NCBI GenBank assembly: GCA_964603785.1 | Contig: CAZRWD010000001.1 | Span: 24,352 to 88,351, forward strand | Origin: an uncultured bacterium | GTDB lineage: Bacteria > Fermentibacterota > Fermentibacteria > Fermentibacterales > Fermentibacteraceae | DNA length: 64,000 bases | Direction: 5' to 3' | Shown: piece after piece, positions 37,927 to 47,946 of the stretch | Numbering within the stretch: the first letter of the stretch is position 1 | Layout: each line of letters opens with the position of its first letter | The notes under the pieces: generated by a model | What the model was told of the DNA's origin: nothing | The model's database searches: none | Seen by the model: the letters and a program-made list of their open reading frames with translations, nothing else | Made by a program: the position numbers and the translations under genes

Positions 37927-39675
37927 GTGCAGAGAACAATTCCCGGCGGCCCGCTCATCGATCCGCCCCCGTTCCGCTGCATCAGATCCATGCTCGAAAG
38001 GGCCGCGGCCCTCGACCCTGACAAGGAGGCGATAAGAGAGCCCCAGCCGGACGGGACCTGGCGGTCGGTCTCCTACGGGAGCCTGAGGCGGGATGTCGAG
38101 GCGCTGGCCCGCTACCTGTCGAAGGGCGGGAGGAAGCCGGTGGTGGGGGTCGTGGGCAGGAACTCCGCCGCGTGGGCGAAGGTGTACCTGGCGACCATGA
38201 GGGCCGGCGGAGTGATAGTGCCGATAGACAGGGAGCTCCCCTTCCCGGAGATGAGGGCGATCCTGCACTATTCGGGGGCGGGACTGGTCTTCTTCGACTC
38301 CTCCTATGCCCAGGACTTCATCACCTCTGGCTCCGGTCACGGGAGGCCCATCGAGCACGTCGTGATGAACTCCACGGGCCCCGCAGGCTGCGCCACCCTC
38401 GAGCAGGTGCTCGCCGAGGGGGCCGGTATCCATGCCGAGCTGCCCGACGAGCTCGACACGGCGGCGCCCGCGGCCATCTACTACACCTCCGGGACCATGG
38501 GCCAGGCCAAGGGCGTGGTCCTGTCGCAGGACAACATCCTCTCGGTGGTCAGGCAGATGCACCAGATGGTCAGGATAGAGAGGTCGGACGTGTTCCTCTC
38601 GGTGCTCCCCATGCACCACACCTACGAGTGCAGCTGCGGTTTCCTCGGCCCGATCAGCACCGGAGCGTCCTATGTGATCTGCCGCGGCCTGAAGTACGTG
38701 GGCGAGGACATCGCAGGCTCGGGCGCCACTGTCGTCCTGAGCGTGCCACTGATGTGGGAGGCCGTCTACCGCAAGATAATGGCGGGAATCAGAGCGAAGC
38801 CCGGCGGCAGGATGAAGTACCGCATCGGTCTGGCCCTGGCCGGGGCCGCCGGCCTCGTGGGGGCGGGGGGTGTGAGGCGCAGGCTCTTCTCTCCGGTGCA
38901 CGAGAAGTTCGGAGGCAGGATAAGGTTCCTCATCTCCGGAGGAGCCGGCGTCGATCCGCTGGTCGCCCGCGGCTTCCTGAAACTGGGCTTCCAGTTCCTG
39001 CAGGGATACGGGCTCACCGAAGCCTCGCCCCTCGTGTCCGTCAACAGGCCCGGGGCCAACAGGCCCGCGTCCGTCGGCCCGCCGCTCCCCCTCGACGAGG
39101 TGCGCATCGACGACGCCGACGAGGACGGGGTGGGAGAGATCGTGGTGAGGGGTCCCAACGTGATGCTGGGCTATCACAACGATCCGGAGGAGACCGCCAG
39201 GGTCCTCTCCCCGGACGGCTGGCTCAGGACCGGCGACTTCGGCTACCTCGACGACGACGGCTTCCTCTTCATCACCGGGCGCAAGAAGAACGTGATCGTC
39301 GCCAAGAACGGCAAGAACGTCTATCCCGAGGAGATCGAGTCCAAGCTCAACCGGTCGGACCTCGTGATGGAGTCGATGGTCTTCGGACGCGAATCCAGGA
39401 CCAAGGGCGAGGAGATCTGGGTCGTCGTGGTCCCCGACATGGAGAGGCTCATAGAGCGGGCCGAGATGAAGGGCGACAGCCTCACCCCGGAGTATGCCAG
39501 GGACATGGTCTCCCGGGAGGTGAGGCACTACAACGCGTCGCAGCCCGTCTACAAGAGGGTGTCTTGCCTCATACTGCGCTCGGAGGAGCTCCCGAAGACG
39601 ACGACACGGAAGATCAGGCGCAGGGATGTCCTGAAGGAAGCCGGTCTGGAGCCGGAAGCCGTCTTCAGGGTCTGA
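37927..39675 (+). CDS. Long-chain fatty acid-CoA ligase
   Basis: YYTSGTMGQAKG, QGYGLTE, GWLRTGD, GRKKNVIV..NGKNVYPEEIE, KTTTRKI. Confidence 0.9.
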   Translation: MQRTIPGGPLIDPPPFRCIRSMLERAAALDPDKEAIREPQPDGTWRSVSYGSLRRDVEALARYLSKGGRKPVVGVVGRNSAAWAKVYLATMRAGGVIVPIDRELPFPEMRAILHYSGAGLVFFDSSYAQDFITSGSGHGRPIEHVVMNSTGPAGCATLEQVLAEGAGIHAELPDELDTAAPAAIYYTSGTMGQAKGVVLSQDNILSVVRQMHQMVRIERSDVFLSVLPMHHTYECSCGFLGPISTGASYVICRGLKYVGEDIAGSGATVVLSVPLMWEAVYRKIMAGIRAKPGGRMKYRIGLALAGAAGLVGAGGVRRRLFSPVHEKFGGRIRFLISGGAGVDPLVARGFLKLGFQFLQGYGLTEASPLVSVNRPGANRPASVGPPLPLDEVRIDDADEDGVGEIVVRGPNVMLGYHNDPEETARVLSPDGWLRTGDFGYLDDDGFLFITGRKKNVIVAKNGKNVYPEEIESKLNRSDLVMESMVFGRESRTKGEEIWVVVVPDMERLIERAEMKGDSLTPEYARDMVSREVRHYNASQPVYKRVSCLILRSEELPKTTTRKIRRRDVLKEAGLEPEAVFRV

Positions 39676-39682
39676 AGGGGCA

Positions 39683-41278
39683 TTGAACCTCGAACGCATG
39701 TCCCGACCCTCCAGTGCGGGCTGGCTGACGGCCGCCGCCGTGGCGGTCCTGGGAATCCTCGCCGTCCTCTCGTGGCAGAAGAGCCTGACCGGAGACGAAG
39801 CCCTCACCGTGGCTCTCGCGCGCAGCTCCTTCTCCGACATGACGCGCACCGTCGCCGTCGAGAGCCACGTGCCGGGCTACTACGCGCTGATGTGGCTGTG
39901 GGTCAGGCTTTTCGGCCACACCCTGCCATCCCTCAGGATCCTCGCGTTCCTGCCGGTCGCCGCGCTGCTCCTCGTGGCCGGCGGGCTCCACCGCAGGCAT
40001 CTGCCGATCATCCTCGCCGCGAGCCCGTTCCTGCTCCATCTCGGGGTCGAGCTCAGGATGTACGGCCTCCTGGCGGCCCTCTCCGCGGGCATCCTCCTGA
40101 CGATGCAGGCGATCGACCGGCAGTTCACACGCAGGCGGTTCGCCCTGCTGGCGGCCCTCTGCATCGCCGCCGTCTGGACGCACCACTTCGGCTGGCCCGC
40201 CGTGGCCGCCTCGGCCGTGCTCCTCCTGATGCGGAGGCGCAGGCTGGAAGCCCTCCTCCTGACGGCCATCGTTGTCGCGAGCTACATCCCATGGGCGCCG
40301 AACATCCTGAGGCAGGCCGCCCGCTTCGGGCCGGCGGCCGACGGGGGTGCGGCGGACCTGGCCCGGACGGCCTCCATCCCCGAGATGGTCCTCGGCATCC
40401 CGTTCTCGATCGCCGGGACCCTCCTGCGCTTCTCGGCCGGCACCGCGGCCTTCAGCTTCGAGCAGTTCTCGGTGAGGGCGGTGACGCCCTGGACGGCAGC
40501 CGGGCTGGTCCTGGCGGCCCTGTTCGCGACCGCGGCCCTGAGGGGGCTCAGGAAGGCTTTCGCACCCGCCGTCCTCCTGCTCTGTCTCGTCATGGTGCCG
40601 GTGAGCCTCCTGCGACCCTCGGCCAGACACTTCTCTCTGGCCTTCCCGGCATTCGCACTCATTGCGGCATCCGGGCTCGACCGACCCGGACGCCTTTCGG
40701 GCATCCTCCGCACTGCGGTCCCCCTGCTCTCCCTCGTCATGTGCGTTCCGTTCATCATGCGCTCCACGCTTCCCCAGCGGTGCACCTTCGACCGTGACCT
40801 CAGGGAGGCCGCGATCGTCGCCGGGACGACGGCCAGGGCCGAGGGCGCGGACATCCTGGTGTACCTCGACAACCACTCGACCCTGGCCGTCCTGTACCAC
40901 CTCGAGGACGAGGGCTTCGGGGACGTGGCCGTCAGGCATCCGCACGAGGAGCACTGGCGCTCCGACGGCCTCGTCTACATGACGCCCGAGGACATACTGG
41001 CCTTCCTGATGCAGGACACGGGCGTGGCGATCTCGAGGCTGCGCACCGGCGACGGACCCTTCGTGATCCTGGCCAACGACCCCAGGGAGGCCAGGGGGCC
41101 TTCATGGGGCGGGGAGAACCGGATAGTAGGCAGGGGAAGCGACACCGTCGCGGACGAGGACCTGTACGATGTGCTCTCCTCGACGGGCAGCGTGATCGAG
41201 CTGGATCTGCCGTCCAGCGAAGGGCCGTTCTCCGCCTTCCTGGTGACCCCGTCCGCCGGGGGCGGGGGCGGCGGATGA
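39683..41278 (+). CDS. GT-C fold membrane glycosyltransferase (GT39/ArnT-like)
   Basis: SLTGDE, HVPGYY..LW, ELRMYGL and multiple TM segments followed by a periplasmic C-terminal region. Confidence 0.7.
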   Translation: MNLERMSRPSSAGWLTAAAVAVLGILAVLSWQKSLTGDEALTVALARSSFSDMTRTVAVESHVPGYYALMWLWVRLFGHTLPSLRILAFLPVAALLLVAGGLHRRHLPIILAASPFLLHLGVELRMYGLLAALSAGILLTMQAIDRQFTRRRFALLAALCIAAVWTHHFGWPAVAASAVLLLMRRRRLEALLLTAIVVASYIPWAPNILRQAARFGPAADGGAADLARTASIPEMVLGIPFSIAGTLLRFSAGTAAFSFEQFSVRAVTPWTAAGLVLAALFATAALRGLRKAFAPAVLLLCLVMVPVSLLRPSARHFSLAFPAFALIAASGLDRPGRLSGILRTAVPLLSLVMCVPFIMRSTLPQRCTFDRDLREAAIVAGTTARAEGADILVYLDNHSTLAVLYHLEDEGFGDVAVRHPHEEHWRSDGLVYMTPEDILAFLMQDTGVAISRLRTGDGPFVILANDPREARGPSWGGENRIVGRGSDTVADEDLYDVLSSTGSVIELDLPSSEGPFSAFLVTPSAGGGGGG

Positions 41279-42789
41279 CCGCGGGAGCACCGGAAGGGTC
41301 TGCGAGCCCGGTTCGCAACAGCAGCCTCTACGCCCTGGGGCAGCTAGCCTCCAAGGGGTCCTTCCTGGTCTCAATGATGCTGTACTCCAGATACCTCGCC
41401 GACGATTCCTTCGGCGCCCTGCTGCTGTGCATCTCAATCGGCCAGATCTTCTTCTTCATGGCGGACATGGGGGTGAGCCTGCTGGTCAACCGCACGATCA
41501 GCACGGTCCGCGACGGAATGAGACCTCTGATCGGGGTGTCCCTCGACCTCCGCCTCGCCATGTCCGCCGCCTCCTTCGTCCTGGTCACGGCATTCGCGAT
41601 CGCGGCCTTCCCCGGAGTGGTCCGGAGCGGGATGCTGCCTTTGATACTCCTTTTCCACGCCCTCGAAGCCTTCTCGGAGCTCGGCTTCTCGGTGTTCCGT
41701 GCCCTCGAGAGGGGAGCGGCGGAGTGCTCGGCCAGGATCGCCTCGGGACTCGTCTCAGTGGCGGGCGCCGGGCTCGTGAGCCTGCTGGACCTCGGCCCGA
41801 TCGCAGCCTCCTCGGTCTACGTGGCGAGGGGTGCGGTAGGCCTGGCCCTGGTGCTCGCCGCGATGTCGCGGGGCGGCCTCCTCGGCGGGGAGCCGTCGAG
41901 CGACCGGCTCTCCCGTGCGCGGATCCTGCTCGGCAGGGCCGTTCCCCTGGGTCTGCTCGGCATGGCGATGGTCCTGCACCAGAGGGTCGATTCGCTGTAC
42001 CTGGGGGGCATCCTCGGCGAGACTGCCGTGGGCGCATTCCAGGAATGCTACAGGCTGCTCGACTCGCTGGTCCTGATAATCACCCCCACGCTGCTCCCCG
42101 GAGCCCTCTTCCCGGGCCTCTGCAGGGCCTTCAGGGAAGGCGGCGAAGCTCTCCGCGGAAGGTTCCGCAGGATTTCCGCGCTCGTCGGCATGCTCTCGGT
42201 GACCATCGCCTCCACGCTGCTCTCGGCCGGGCTCGAACTGCCCGGGCTGGTCTGGGGGGGCGACTTCCTCCGGTCGATCCCGCGCGGCGAGTTCCTGCTC
42301 TGCTACAACCTCGTCTCGACGAGCATCGTGCCCGTGTTCCACATGAACTTCCTCCTCGCCTCGATGCTCGCGGCCGGGCTCGAGCGCCGGGCGCTCCTCG
42401 TCTCCCTCGCCGGGCTGGCCGCCCTCACGGCCGTCGACCTGTACGCGATACCGCGCATAGGCACGGCCGGGGCCGCCCTCGGGCTCCTGGTCTCATCGGT
42501 CGTCCTCTGCGCGGGCATGCTGGCCGGCCTGAGCCGGACCGGCCGGCTGGGCTTCGCCGGGAGCCTGCTCAGGCCGACCGCCGTCGCCCTCGTCTCCGCC
42601 CTGGTCCACTTCACCCTGTCGGGCGTCCTCCCCTGGCTGCCCAGGAGCCTCGCCGTGCTGGCGTCCGGAGCGGGCATGATGCTGCTGGACATGAGACTGC
42701 ACAAGGACTGGTGGCGGTTCCTCCACGAGCGGACGGTCCTGCGGGACGAGTCGTGCGAGGTTCGGGGGCCATCCCCTCACGACATGTAG
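41275..42789 (+). CDS. Oligosaccharide flippase (Wzx/MOP family)
   Basis: RNSSLYAL, FG..., D.GV, RVDSLYLG, VGAF; about 12 TM segments; ATGA coupling. Confidence 0.82.
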   Translation: MTAGAPEGSASPVRNSSLYALGQLASKGSFLVSMMLYSRYLADDSFGALLLCISIGQIFFFMADMGVSLLVNRTISTVRDGMRPLIGVSLDLRLAMSAASFVLVTAFAIAAFPGVVRSGMLPLILLFHALEAFSELGFSVFRALERGAAECSARIASGLVSVAGAGLVSLLDLGPIAASSVYVARGAVGLALVLAAMSRGGLLGGEPSSDRLSRARILLGRAVPLGLLGMAMVLHQRVDSLYLGGILGETAVGAFQECYRLLDSLVLIITPTLLPGALFPGLCRAFREGGEALRGRFRRISALVGMLSVTIASTLLSAGLELPGLVWGGDFLRSIPRGEFLLCYNLVSTSIVPVFHMNFLLASMLAAGLERRALLVSLAGLAALTAVDLYAIPRIGTAGAALGLLVSSVVLCAGMLAGLSRTGRLGFAGSLLRPTAVALVSALVHFTLSGVLPWLPRSLAVLASGAGMMLLDMRLHKDWWRFLHERTVLRDESCEVRGPSPHDM

Positions 42790-42844
42790 TAGTCCCGCGG
42801 GAGTCATGCACATCATGTTGCGCCTCGCGCTCCCGGCTGCATGT

Positions 42845-42853
42845 TGGTATACT
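42845..42853 (+). promoter_or_regulatory. Extended -10 promoter upstream of parE
   Basis: TGGTATACT (TGn-TATACT) 34 nt before ATG 42887. Confidence 0.5.
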
Positions 42854-42886
42854 ACCGGCGGTCGACGGTACGCCTGAAACAACAAC

Positions 42887-44713
42887 ATGTCGTGGAGCGC
42901 CATGGATCCTGCTGAGACACCGACCGGGCAGGCATACGACGAGAGCAAGGTCAGGACGCTCTCGTCGGTGGAGCACATCAGGCTGCGCACGGGCATGTAC
43001 ATCGGCCGCCTCGGCGACGGCAGCCATTCGGACGACGGCATCTACGTCCTCCTCAAGGAGGTGGTCGACAACGCCGTCGACGAGTTCATAATGGGCTTCG
43101 GCCGGCGCATCACGGTAAGGTGCGACGGGCGAAGCTGCTCGGTGCGCGACTGGGGCAGGGGCATACCCCTCGGCAAGCTCGCCGACTGCGTCTCGGTGAT
43201 AAACACCGGGGCCAAGTACAACACGGACGTCTTCCAGTTCAGCGTCGGCCTCAACGGGGTTGGCGCGAAGGCCGTGAATGCCCTCTCGGAGTCCTTCCGC
43301 GTAGTCACGCACAGGGACGGGGAGTTCCGCGAGGTGGTCTACTCCAGGGGGGAGCCCGTCTCCGACAGCACCGGTCCGACGACAGAGAAGAACGGGACGC
43401 TCGTCGAGTTCACCCCCGATCCCGGCATCTTCCCCGGCTACCAGTTCAGGGAGGACTTCCTGGCCCACAGGGCGCGACACTACGCCTACCTCAACGCCGG
43501 GCTGAAGATCGTCCTGAACGGGACCTCCTTCTCGTCCGAGGAGGGCCTGAGGGACCTCCTGGCCGACGAGGCCGGCGACTCGGCCCTCTACCCCCCGCTC
43601 TTCTTCAGGGAGCGCACCCTCGAGTTCGCGCTGACCCACACCAACGACTTCGGCGAGCGCTACATGTCCTTCGCGAACGGCCAGTACACCAGCGCGGGCG
43701 GGACACACCTCTCGGCCTTCAAGGAGGGCGTGCTGAAGGGTGTCAATTCCTTCTCAGGCAGGAACTATTCACCCGAGGACATCCGCGAGGGCATAATCGG
43801 CGTGGTGGCCGTCCGGCTGCAGGACCCCGTCTTCGAGTCACAGACCAAGACCCGCCTCGGCAACACCGAGATCCGCGCCCCGCTCGTCAACCGCATCAGG
43901 CAGGAGGTCGAGCAGTTCCTGCACCGCAACCCGTCCGTCGCCGAATCCCTTCTGGCCAAGGTGCAGGTGAACATGGCCATCCGCACCGAGCTGCAGAGCG
44001 TCAGGAAGAAGGCCAGGGAGCGGGCTAAGAAGGTCGCGATCAGGATCCCCAGCCTGCGGGACTGCCGGATACACCTCGGCGACGACGATCCAAGGGCAGA
44101 GGAGAGCACGATCTTCATCACCGAGGGGCAGAGCGCCTCCGGCAGCATCGTGGCCTGCCGCGACGTGAACACCCAGGCGGTGTTCTCGCTGAGGGGCAAG
44201 CCCCTCAACTGCTTCGGCCTGAAGCGCGACACCCTCTACTCGAACGAGGAGATGTACAACATCATGCAGGCCCTCGACATCGAGGCGGGGGCGGAGGGTC
44301 TCCGGTACAACCGCATCGTCCTCGCAACCGACGCCGACGTAGACGGCATGCATATACGCAATCTCCTCCTCACGCTCTTCCTGCACTTCTTCGAGGGCAT
44401 CGTCCTGGACAGCCACCTGTTCATCCTCGAGACGCCGCTCTTCCGCGTGCGCAACCGGAAGGAGACCGTCTACTGCTACTCGCCGGCTGAGAGGGATGCG
44501 GCCCTCTCCAGGCTCGGCAGGGGGGCCGAGATCACGAGGTTCAAGGGCCTGGGCGAGATCTCCCCGGGCGAGTTCGGCAGGTTCGTCGGACCCGACATGA
44601 GGCTCGTCCCAGTGAACATCTCGAGGCTGAAGGAAGTCCCGGGGATGCTCGAGTTCTTCATGGGCAGGAACACTCCGGAGAGGCGCGGCTTCATAGTGGA
44701 GAACCTCAGGTGA
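42887..44713 (+). CDS. parE: DNA topoisomerase IV subunit B
   Basis: EHIRLRTGMYIG, EVVDNAVDE, GLNGVG, TEGQSA, LRGKPLN, ATDADVDG.HI, RFKGLGE; short form without the GyrB insertion. Confidence 0.92.
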   Translation: MSWSAMDPAETPTGQAYDESKVRTLSSVEHIRLRTGMYIGRLGDGSHSDDGIYVLLKEVVDNAVDEFIMGFGRRITVRCDGRSCSVRDWGRGIPLGKLADCVSVINTGAKYNTDVFQFSVGLNGVGAKAVNALSESFRVVTHRDGEFREVVYSRGEPVSDSTGPTTEKNGTLVEFTPDPGIFPGYQFREDFLAHRARHYAYLNAGLKIVLNGTSFSSEEGLRDLLADEAGDSALYPPLFFRERTLEFALTHTNDFGERYMSFANGQYTSAGGTHLSAFKEGVLKGVNSFSGRNYSPEDIREGIIGVVAVRLQDPVFESQTKTRLGNTEIRAPLVNRIRQEVEQFLHRNPSVAESLLAKVQVNMAIRTELQSVRKKARERAKKVAIRIPSLRDCRIHLGDDDPRAEESTIFITEGQSASGSIVACRDVNTQAVFSLRGKPLNCFGLKRDTLYSNEEMYNIMQALDIEAGAEGLRYNRIVLATDADVDGMHIRNLLLTLFLHFFEGIVLDSHLFILETPLFRVRNRKETVYCYSPAERDAALSRLGRGAEITRFKGLGEISPGEFGRFVGPDMRLVPVNISRLKEVPGMLEFFMGRNTPERRGFIVENLR

Positions 44714-46902
44714 GCGACACCCCCCTCAGGAGCCTCTTCCAGGACAACTTCCTGGAGTACGCCTCCTACGTGATAAAGGACCGGGCCATCCCGGACGCCG
44801 CCGACGGGCTGAAGCCCGTTCAGCGGCGCATCCTCTGGAGCCTCAGGGAGCTCGACGACGGCAGGTTCAACAAGGTGGCCAACGTCATAGGCCACTGCAT
44901 GAGGTACCATCCCCACGGCGACCAGTCCATAGGCGACGCCCTGGTGACCCTGGCCAACCGCGGCTACTTCATAGACAGGCAGGGCAACTTCGGGAACATG
45001 ATAACCGGAGACGAGGCCTCCGCCCCCAGGTACATCGAGTGCCGTCTGACCGATCTCGCGAGGGAGACCCTCTTCGACGACAGGGTGACGGAGTTCGTCG
45101 ACAGCTATGACGGCCGCAACCGCGAGCCCGTGCTCCTCCCGGCGAAGATACCCGTCCTGCTGCTGCTGGGTGCCGAGGGCATAGCGGTCGGCATGTCCAC
45201 GAGGATACTTCCGCACAACTTCTGCGAGGTCATCCAGGCCCAGATCGCCCTGATACGCGGCAGGAGGGTGCAGCTCTACCCGGACTTCCCGCAGGGCGGC
45301 AGCATCGACGTCTCGGCATGGGACGACGGCAGGGGCAGGATCCGCAACCGCGCGACCATAGAGAAGAGAAAGGGGCTCAAGAAGCTCGTCATCCGGGAGA
45401 TCCCCTGGGGCACGACCACGGAGGGGCTGATAGCCTCCGTCGAGAACGCCGCCCGGAAGGGGAAGGTCAAGATCTCCTCGATCGACGACTTCACCTCCGG
45501 CACGGTGGAGATCGAGCTCACCCTCGCCAGGGGGGCCGAGCCGGACGACACCATCAAGCAGCTGTACGCGCATACGGACTGCGAGCTGACCCACACCTCG
45601 AACATGGTCGTGATAAGGGACGGCACGCCCGTCGAGGCAACGGTCACCGAGCTCCTGCAGCACTCCACCGACCTGCTCCTGGACATCCTCGGGCGCGAGC
45701 TGGAGCTGGACCTGCGCGACCTGCGGGAGCGCCTGAGGTGGATGACCCTCGAACAGGTCTTCATAGAGAACCGCGTCTACAAGGGGATCGAGGAGAAGTC
45801 CACCTTCGAGGCCGTGCAGGAGGCGGTGAGGAGGGGGATGGCAGCGCACCTGGAGGGTGCGGAGCTGTCCGACGCCGATGTCGAGAAGCTGCTGGCCATA
45901 AGGATCAGGCGCATATCCCGCTTCGACATCGACGCCCATGTCGCCGAGATGGGCGGGATAAGGACCAGGATCGGCGAGATCGAGGCTCATCTCGGGGATC
46001 TCCGCAGGTACGCAGCCGGCTGGCTCACCGCCCTCCTGAGGAAGTACGGCAAACCCTTCCCCAGGCTCACCAGGATAGAGTCGCTGAGCGAGATAGACAT
46101 CAAGCAGGTGAGCCTCCGCAACCTCAGGGTGGGATGGGACAGGCAGGCCGGGTTCGTCGGGACTGCCGTGAAGGGCGACGCGGTCTTCGAGGCATCCGAG
46201 TACGACCGGATAGCCGTCTTCCACTCGACCGGGTCCTACAGGCTGCTGCCGATGGCCGAGAAGCACTTCATAGACGGGGATGTAGCCTACTGCGGCATCC
46301 AGGACAGGGACCGCGTGTTCACGGCCGTGTACAGGCACATGGGCACGCGCGTCGCCTATGCCAAGAGGTTCCGGATCGAGAGCTACATCATGGAGAAGGA
46401 GTACGCCTTCATGCCCTCCGATGCCGAGCTCCTGGTGCTCACCGACTCGTCCTCCGGGGAGCTCGAGGCCTGGTTCGAGCGCCGGAAGAGGATGCGCACC
46501 AGGAAGGACTCCGTCCCGATAATCGAAGTGCCGGTCAAGGGGGTCGCGGCGAGGGGGGTCCGCCTCGGCGGCGGCAGGGCCGTGAGCAGTGCACGGCTCA
46601 TCCTGCCCGCGGAGGACGAGCCTGCCACGGGACCGGACACCCCCGTCGGGGAGGCCGGCGGAGCCGGCGGGTCAGCCCCGCCGGCCGACAGTGTCCGGGA
46701 TGTGCCGGAACCCGCAGCGGAAGATCATGTAGACCCCTCGGAACCCCCCGCCGATCAGGGCGGGATCCGCGAGGATCCGCCCGCGATGCCCTCCCGATCG
46801 ATGGAGGACATCCTGCGCGATGTCGAGACGCTCAAGGAGCGTTCGTCCGAAGCTCTCAGGAAGGCCGAGGACGAAGTCCAGCCGGACCTGTTCGGCGGAT
46901 GA
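44710..46902 (+). CDS. parC: DNA topoisomerase IV subunit A
   Basis: DGLKPVQRR, YHPHGD, active-site APRYIE, GIAVGM; acidic/Pro-rich tail. Confidence 0.9.
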   Translation: MSDTPLRSLFQDNFLEYASYVIKDRAIPDAADGLKPVQRRILWSLRELDDGRFNKVANVIGHCMRYHPHGDQSIGDALVTLANRGYFIDRQGNFGNMITGDEASAPRYIECRLTDLARETLFDDRVTEFVDSYDGRNREPVLLPAKIPVLLLLGAEGIAVGMSTRILPHNFCEVIQAQIALIRGRRVQLYPDFPQGGSIDVSAWDDGRGRIRNRATIEKRKGLKKLVIREIPWGTTTEGLIASVENAARKGKVKISSIDDFTSGTVEIELTLARGAEPDDTIKQLYAHTDCELTHTSNMVVIRDGTPVEATVTELLQHSTDLLLDILGRELELDLRDLRERLRWMTLEQVFIENRVYKGIEEKSTFEAVQEAVRRGMAAHLEGAELSDADVEKLLAIRIRRISRFDIDAHVAEMGGIRTRIGEIEAHLGDLRRYAAGWLTALLRKYGKPFPRLTRIESLSEIDIKQVSLRNLRVGWDRQAGFVGTAVKGDAVFEASEYDRIAVFHSTGSYRLLPMAEKHFIDGDVAYCGIQDRDRVFTAVYRHMGTRVAYAKRFRIESYIMEKEYAFMPSDAELLVLTDSSSGELEAWFERRKRMRTRKDSVPIIEVPVKGVAARGVRLGGGRAVSSARLILPAEDEPATGPDTPVGEAGGAGGSAPPADSVRDVPEPAAEDHVDPSEPPADQGGIREDPPAMPSRSMEDILRDVETLKERSSEALRKAEDEVQPDLFGG

Positions 46903-46947
46903 GCGAAGGCCCCGGTCCCGTCGCCGGGGCCTCCGGTGCACCTGCCC

Positions 46948-47946
46948 CTACTCCAGGACGACCAGCCTCCGGACGGCCGTCGACCCATCCCCGCCGGTCA
47001 GCCTGAGGATGTAGATCCCGCTCGCGGGCAGGACGCCCTCGAAGGATGCCCCGTCCGAGACGTCCGTCGAGGTCACCTGCCTGCCGGTCAGGTCGTAGAC
47101 GGACAGGACGCCCGGGCCGGCGGCCAGGGACACCGTGCCTGCGAAGACACCCGCGCAGGGGTTCTCCTCCAGGGTGATGGAGGTCCCGGAGGCCTCTCCG
47201 CCCTGGGCGATTCCCGTCGGCAGCCCGAGGAAGTTCTCGTAGCTGGCGTTCATGACCTCCTTGTGGGAGGTGCTGTACTCCTGCACGAAAGTGGCCACGC
47301 TGAGATTCGCGGCGACCCATCCCGTGGTCGAGTAGGGCGCCTCGAAGAAGAGCGTGTCCGGGTACGGGGCCGTGAACTCGACGACGGGTCCGGCCACTCC
47401 GAAGATGTTGTCGCGGAATGCCTGCTCGAACACGGTGGAGGACCAGTAGCCCGCACCCGGCACGTCGTCCTCGACTATCGTGCAGAAGAGCCTCATGGTG
47501 GCCTCGGCCCCGAGGTCCTGCTCCGCGATGAGGCGGATGCTCATCACGCCGGTCTGGGCCGTGCCGTTGCGGCAGACGAGAATGTCCAGGTAGCTCGGGA
47601 CCGCGTACCTGGTGTTGAACGAGCCCTCCAGGTTGGACGTCCCGGTCAGCACCCCGTCGAACTTCACGGTCGGGACGCCGGTGATGTTGTAGAAGGACTT
47701 CCTCGCGTTCTGCTCGCCGGGGTTCGCCAGGTAGATGGGGTCCGTCGGGCTGGGCCAGTTCACGTGGACCCTTATGGGGGCGATGTTCCCGGCGGCGAGA
47801 TGGCTGTTCACGAATGCGTTGAGGGTGGGCTCGAGGCTCCAGCAGGGGCCGCAGCCCGAATTGGTGAAGTCCTCGACTAGGACGACGCGGTCGGCGGCGA
47901 TCGAGGACAGGGACAGCACTGAAATCAGCACAAGGGCGATCTTCAC
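46948..47946 (-). CDS. Omp28-related secreted protein with thioredoxin-like CxxC and T9SS-like C-terminal domain
   Basis: Signal peptide; VLVEDFTNSGCGPC; GVPT..FDG; C-terminus ENP...VYDLTGRQV...SGIYILRL. Confidence 0.8.
   Translation of the reverse strand: MKIALVLISVLSLSSIAADRVVLVEDFTNSGCGPCWSLEPTLNAFVNSHLAAGNIAPIRVHVNWPSPTDPIYLANPGEQNARKSFYNITGVPTVKFDGVLTGTSNLEGSFNTRYAVPSYLDILVCRNGTAQTGVMSIRLIAEQDLGAEATMRLFCTIVEDDVPGAGYWSSTVFEQAFRDNIFGVAGPVVEFTAPYPDTLFFEAPYSTTGWVAANLSVATFVQEYSTSHKEVMNASYENFLGLPTGIAQGGEASGTSITLEENPCAGVFAGTVSLAAGPGVLSVYDLTGRQVTSTDVSDGASFEGVLPASGIYILRLTGGDGSTAVRRLVVLE

Noticed and set aside
42887-46902. DNA gyrase gyrB/gyrA
   Set aside because: The B subunit is short and the A subunit lacks a GyrA-box and full pinwheel; topoisomerase IV fits better.
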